Source: a virus (lineage: Duplodnaviria; Caudoviricetes). Taken from it: a stretch of 45,692 nucleotides of DNA. Shown one piece after another: positions 43,001 to 45,692 of this stretch. Position numbers and translations under genes: made by a program. Location: positions 1 to 45,692 of IMG/VR virus record IMGVR_UViG_3300037423_000942; one strand, 5' to 3'. Each line of letters starts with the position of its first letter. Position 1 is the stretch's first letter. Below the pieces are notes generated by a model that worked only from the letters and a program-made list of their open reading frames with translations, was not told the DNA's origin and made no database searches.

Positions 43001-45361
43001 GAAGAGCGCCAGCGCATGTGGGAAGCCGCCGACGAGGAAAACGTCGCGCGCATCCGTGAGCGGGACGAAGAGGGCTATACGCGCCCTGAGGGCGTGGGTC
43101 TTGCTCGACTCTCGCCCAAAGAGCGCGAAGGCATCGACACCCTGCACGAGTACGGCCAGGGTCTGTGGAACGCCGCCCGCGACGCCGAGATGGTCGAAGG
43201 CGATGGCCTGCCGTTCTGGACCCCGCGCATGCTCGTGACCATCGGCGAGGACGGCGACATCGGCAAGCTGCGCTCCCTTGGAGGTGGACCGAAGATGGCC
43301 ACCGACGGACGGGGCCGCAACATCACGACCAATTCGTCCAACCTCAAGCACCGCAAGCACCTGACCACCGAAGAGACGGAAGCTGCCGCATCCTCTCTGG
43401 CGCAGGAGCAGGGCGCTAACGGGGCCAAGGTCGTGCGCGACATCATGGTCATGCCGCTGGCGATGTACCGCCTCGAGCGAGCCATCGCCGGCCGCAGGCT
43501 GATCAACCAGCTCAAGGACATCGGCCAAGCCTCGGGCGAGGATCTCGTCAGGGATGGCGCCGCCGAGGGCTACATCACACTTCCGCACCCGGCCTTCACC
43601 ACCTACCGCCCGCGCTTCACGAAGAACGAAGAGGGCAAGACCGTGACGGTGACGGACGACGAGGGAAACCCGGTCATGGACCGCGTGCCCCTGTACATCC
43701 GCAAGGACTTCGAGGGGCCGCTGCGCGCCGTGATGTCGACCAAGGACTCGTCCTGGTACACCGGATACATGCTCCTCAAGAGCAAGGCGATGTCGGCCAT
43801 CATGGTTTCCCCGCTGATCCACAACATGGTGATCTGGGGCAAGGCGATTCCCGCTTCCCCGGTGAAGATGCTCACCTTCCAGCTGTACGCGAAGGGCCAC
43901 GCGCTCGCCCGCGACAACGCGCTGATGAAGGAAGCCGTCGACAACGGCATGGTGCCCATCGGGGAGAACCACGCACAGTCCATCGACGTGACGGACATCG
44001 CGCAGAATTTCAAGCCGCTGGGCGACCGCTGGGGCGACCCGAACGAAAGCTGGTTCACGCTGTCCGTGGAGAAGCTGGGCAACCTCCTGCACGAAGGCGC
44101 GGGAACGTCGACCAAGGCCAAGCTGGATGCGGCAGGCGAGTTCCTGCACCACACGCTGCTGTGGAAGCAGATCGGCGCCTTGCAGATGGGCATCTACGCC
44201 GACGCCAAGGCGCGCTACATGGCCAAAGGATTCGGCGAGGAAGCCGCCGGCATCCAAGCCGCGCACCTGGCCAACCGATATGGCGGTGTCGTTGCCAAGG
44301 AGAACCAGAGCGAGTGGGCGCGCAAGATCGCCAACGTGCTGTTGTTCTCGCGCTCCTTCAACTTCACCAACCTGGGCACGATCAAGGACAGCTGGGGCGC
44401 GATGCCTACGGGCCTGAAGGCCCTGCTGTCAGAGAAGGCGCCCAGCGAAGCCAACCGGGCCGAGTGGCAGCAACGCCGCAAGGCATGGGGCGTGATCGCA
44501 CTGGACATTGCCTTGGGCGTGATGGCAACGTCACTGATGCAGGATCTGGTCGATTCGATCAAGAAGGACAAGAGCGCCGACGACATCCTCAAGGGATACG
44601 CCGACCGCGCGAAGGACATGGCGTCCAACATCGCGGCGCACCCGCTCACGCCGAACTCGTACAACCCCTATCGCCTGTCGTCGACGTGGCGCAACGAGCC
44701 GGGCAAGAAGGATCGCGTGGACATGGGCGCAGCCGTTGGCGAGCGCCACGAGTACATGCGCATGCCCACGGGCAAGGTGGCTGAAGACCTGATCGGCTGG
44801 ACGACGGAAACGCTGGAAACGTTTGAGCGCAAGATGGCGCCCATTCCGAAGGCGGTGATGGAAGCCTCACTCGGCCACACCACCATCGGCATGCCGGTGG
44901 CCGACCCGAACGGCTCGATTCTCAAGCGTATCGGCGAGGGTGTCGCCCATGTGATGAAGGCCCAGCTTCCTTGGGACGACATCACCCGCGTGTACGACTG
45001 GATGCAGGGCCACGCGACCGAGTTGGACAAGAAGAAGGTCATGGGCACCGTCACCGGCTTCACTTTCTCCCAAGGCCATCCAGGCGGCCCCGAAGCCGCG
45101 GTGAACCAGCAAGCGTCCGACCGGTTTGAGCAGTCGCGCCGCTACACCATGCAGCTGGTCAAAGACGACCTCAAGCGAGGTGACGAGGACAAGGCCCGCG
45201 AGCGCATGGAAGAAATCGGCATGACGCCGCGTGAAATCAACCGCGCCATCCAGCAGGCGCTGGAACCCAGAAGCGGTCTGTCCAAGCAAGCGCGTCAGAA
45301 GTTCGAGCGCCGCGCGAATGATGAGGAGCGCGAAGAGATGGATCGCCAGCGCGCCCGCTAA
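40043..45361 (+). CDS. Large internal virion/polyvalent protein, 1772 aa, with a zincin HExxH domain
   Basis: AR.AGYSDAEI N-terminus; WHEVSH (42275-42292) plus downstream EALAE; last gene of the late operon. Confidence 0.85.
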   Translation: MPFDYQGARAAGYSDAEIASFLGQQAGFDTDGAIKSGYKPAEIIPFLSDRLNQQSAAKEQPTVPDQQPESAPMDIDGAPILQPASTVEAGAGRGVVNPPLAADVGRRDVSAAEAFGRGVGESGAKSAKYLAAAASAVPVLAESVINAVKQPFGGKADYSWQDAAFRQLVDPAQNAVDYYALKPDEKMDLRSKIANGVGGLLQDLPAIIASGGLAEAPAAVAKNPGMMEFVGNALSTGFDAMRPIILKAAGEKADQVLESGGSPREAAVSALTAGMWAGINGAVPMSMQGSRAVRAVTGFPVGAATGEAGRVIQNAADPDNLQQPFDPANTVISGVQGSLLAAGMPGHAEAPADLHAAESARAAEAEGVPAQTPRVADVGRVLEAQSVDEAIEAANRAANPAPEGSIRSQMLAIRPLEEAPNVSREDGLRPAVAGAAGDGLAIPERSVEPGAGQPVEPAGRLAAEPASIGAEGEPVPPRAADAVEPAAKVAPQAAESALPPAKNAEAELANIQARRNESGTVTVTGDPAAVAALLRAHEIPFVPSTDGAVVGRTRAADAERVVQDFQPRVETVTTQDAAAPVSARGVEPSVDTPSNQPTPAVRIEPPIPAQPGKVVTVTTPEVRQAPKVEPIREAERAVAAIPDEPAFRRSGESQPDLRASVASIRDRLFNSPRASMRVSEVESALGPALKRLKVPHFIHDSIGAARESSGYADIPEGVKGMHFNGKLHLIAENLRSPLEAEAVFWHEVSHAGLSAMYGKSSRAYESALRELVAVNPEIRKAALSWMERYGKADFDARVKAGSTPERALLTTKMQSVDEALAEMASRNVSINGLPRFIARVQEFLRVIGLHRLANWLEGKTNAQALRMILNAREAVMESEPSGSANAGQLAPAFSKDRASFSRAADSDADLPEEVRAPYAGPGARMLQAAGELYSTLRNDLMMGVAPMSATNNKQAQAMAQKYANQTRWAQVQWGRLSRLIEKNFTPEERQRMWEAADEENVARIRERDEEGYTRPEGVGLARLSPKEREGIDTLHEYGQGLWNAARDAEMVEGDGLPFWTPRMLVTIGEDGDIGKLRSLGGGPKMATDGRGRNITTNSSNLKHRKHLTTEETEAAASSLAQEQGANGAKVVRDIMVMPLAMYRLERAIAGRRLINQLKDIGQASGEDLVRDGAAEGYITLPHPAFTTYRPRFTKNEEGKTVTVTDDEGNPVMDRVPLYIRKDFEGPLRAVMSTKDSSWYTGYMLLKSKAMSAIMVSPLIHNMVIWGKAIPASPVKMLTFQLYAKGHALARDNALMKEAVDNGMVPIGENHAQSIDVTDIAQNFKPLGDRWGDPNESWFTLSVEKLGNLLHEGAGTSTKAKLDAAGEFLHHTLLWKQIGALQMGIYADAKARYMAKGFGEEAAGIQAAHLANRYGGVVAKENQSEWARKIANVLLFSRSFNFTNLGTIKDSWGAMPTGLKALLSEKAPSEANRAEWQQRRKAWGVIALDIALGVMATSLMQDLVDSIKKDKSADDILKGYADRAKDMASNIAAHPLTPNSYNPYRLSSTWRNEPGKKDRVDMGAAVGERHEYMRMPTGKVAEDLIGWTTETLETFERKMAPIPKAVMEASLGHTTIGMPVADPNGSILKRIGEGVAHVMKAQLPWDDITRVYDWMQGHATELDKKKVMGTVTGFTFSQGHPGGPEAAVNQQASDRFEQSRRYTMQLVKDDLKRGDEDKARERMEEIGMTPREINRAIQQALEPRSGLSKQARQKFERRANDEEREEMDRQRAR
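41304..41492 (+). CDS. Overprinted 62-aa protein (MSAEKMVFGPLLQEPLEMGWLSPSEAW...) in the +1 frame of the 1772-aa gene
   Basis: GAGG SD at 41291-41294; 57 of 62 codons end in G/C by hand count, while the host frame loses its bias here. Confidence 0.65.
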   Translation: MSAEKMVFGPLLQEPLEMGWLSPSEAWSLELDSLLNPQDDWPQNLLPLVQRVSLFHLELPMQ

Positions 45362-45675
45362 AACCGCGACCCGTCCGGTGCCGATCGCATCGGCGGATCG
45401 GGAGTGTCGACCGGACACTGCATCGTCGCAGTCTTCAATTCAGCGTCCCGCCAGAGGATGCAAGTCTGAGTGCCGGTGATCGTGCGCGTGATTGGCACGG
45501 GCACATCGAAGACCAGGAGCTCGCCGCGGTCGTAGTGGTACGAGCGCAAGGTCGGGGTTTTCGCGAGCGCTGATTGCGCAGCGTCTGCGCGTTCGGCTGC
45601 CGTTGCCTTCGGAAATGACGGCCCGGCGTCTGAGCACGCGACGAGCACGACAAGGGGCAGCAGCCTGAGCAGCAT
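45358..45675 (-). CDS. Lipoprotein, convergent with the late operon
   Basis: MLLRLLPLVVLVAC lipobox; two further Cys. Confidence 0.78.
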   Translation of the reverse strand: MLLRLLPLVVLVACSDAGPSFPKATAAERADAAQSALAKTPTLRSYHYDRGELLVFDVPVPITRTITGTQTCILWRDAELKTATMQCPVDTPDPPMRSAPDGSRF

Positions 45676-45692
45676 GCCGCCCATTCTAGGAA

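Larger units (their letters stand above)
1..45692. mobile_element. Temperate phage/prophage (lambdoid early region plus podovirus-type late region), incomplete at the left edge
   Basis: cI/cro switch, replication, nin, Q, terminase, portal, capsid, tail and lysis modules in canonical order; a CDS runs off the left edge. Confidence 0.96.

Noticed and set aside
18885-44266. Long antisense ORFs (18885..20708, 23580..24920, 26257..28005, 29495..31882, 42689..44266)
   Set aside because: Shadows of high-GC3 sense genes with no recognisable motifs or SD sequences
1-45692. Genome-wide TAG recoding
   Set aside because: Several genes end properly at TAG (e.g. 3897, 22633, 35159) and only one internal amber was seen
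1-45692. Integrase, att sites or ParA/ParB genes
   Set aside because: No recombinase or partition motifs found; they may lie outside the window, so integrated versus plasmid lifestyle cannot be decided

Overview
The window is most of a temperate, high-GC tailed phage or prophage with podovirus-type morphogenesis genes. A Burkholderiales-like host is inferred only from GC content and gene style. Layout from left to right: (i) a leftward early operon of small coupled genes (1-3702); (ii) an immunity region with six accessory genes between PL and cI, then cI and cro with four TACCG-N4-CGGTA operators (3755-7672); (iii) a rightward early operon with an O-like initiator, DnaB, RuvC-like, HNH, NinB, DUF1364-like, an Ntn-hydrolase, Q and NinX (7762-17621); (iv) a late promoter followed by about 790 bp of non-coding, highly structured sequence containing two tRNA-shaped RNAs (17626-18438); (v) TerS/TerL, a fibre cassette, portal, scaffold, N4-gp56-type capsid, adaptor, nozzle, tail fibre, a SAR-endolysin lysis cassette, ejection proteins and a 1772-aa polyvalent protein (18439-45361). 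No integrase, CRISPR array or reverse transcriptase is visible. The most unusual signals are a tRNA-mimic RNA array in the late leader, seven dispersed copies of the palindrome GTGG(T/A)AAC[N]GTTACCAC mostly inside genes and in different reading frames, a rexAB-position cassette with a secreted HNH nuclease and a DUF6978/DUF1828-like pair, and an overprinted 62-aa gene inside the giant ejection protein. All family assignments come from motif recognition by eye; no database was searched.
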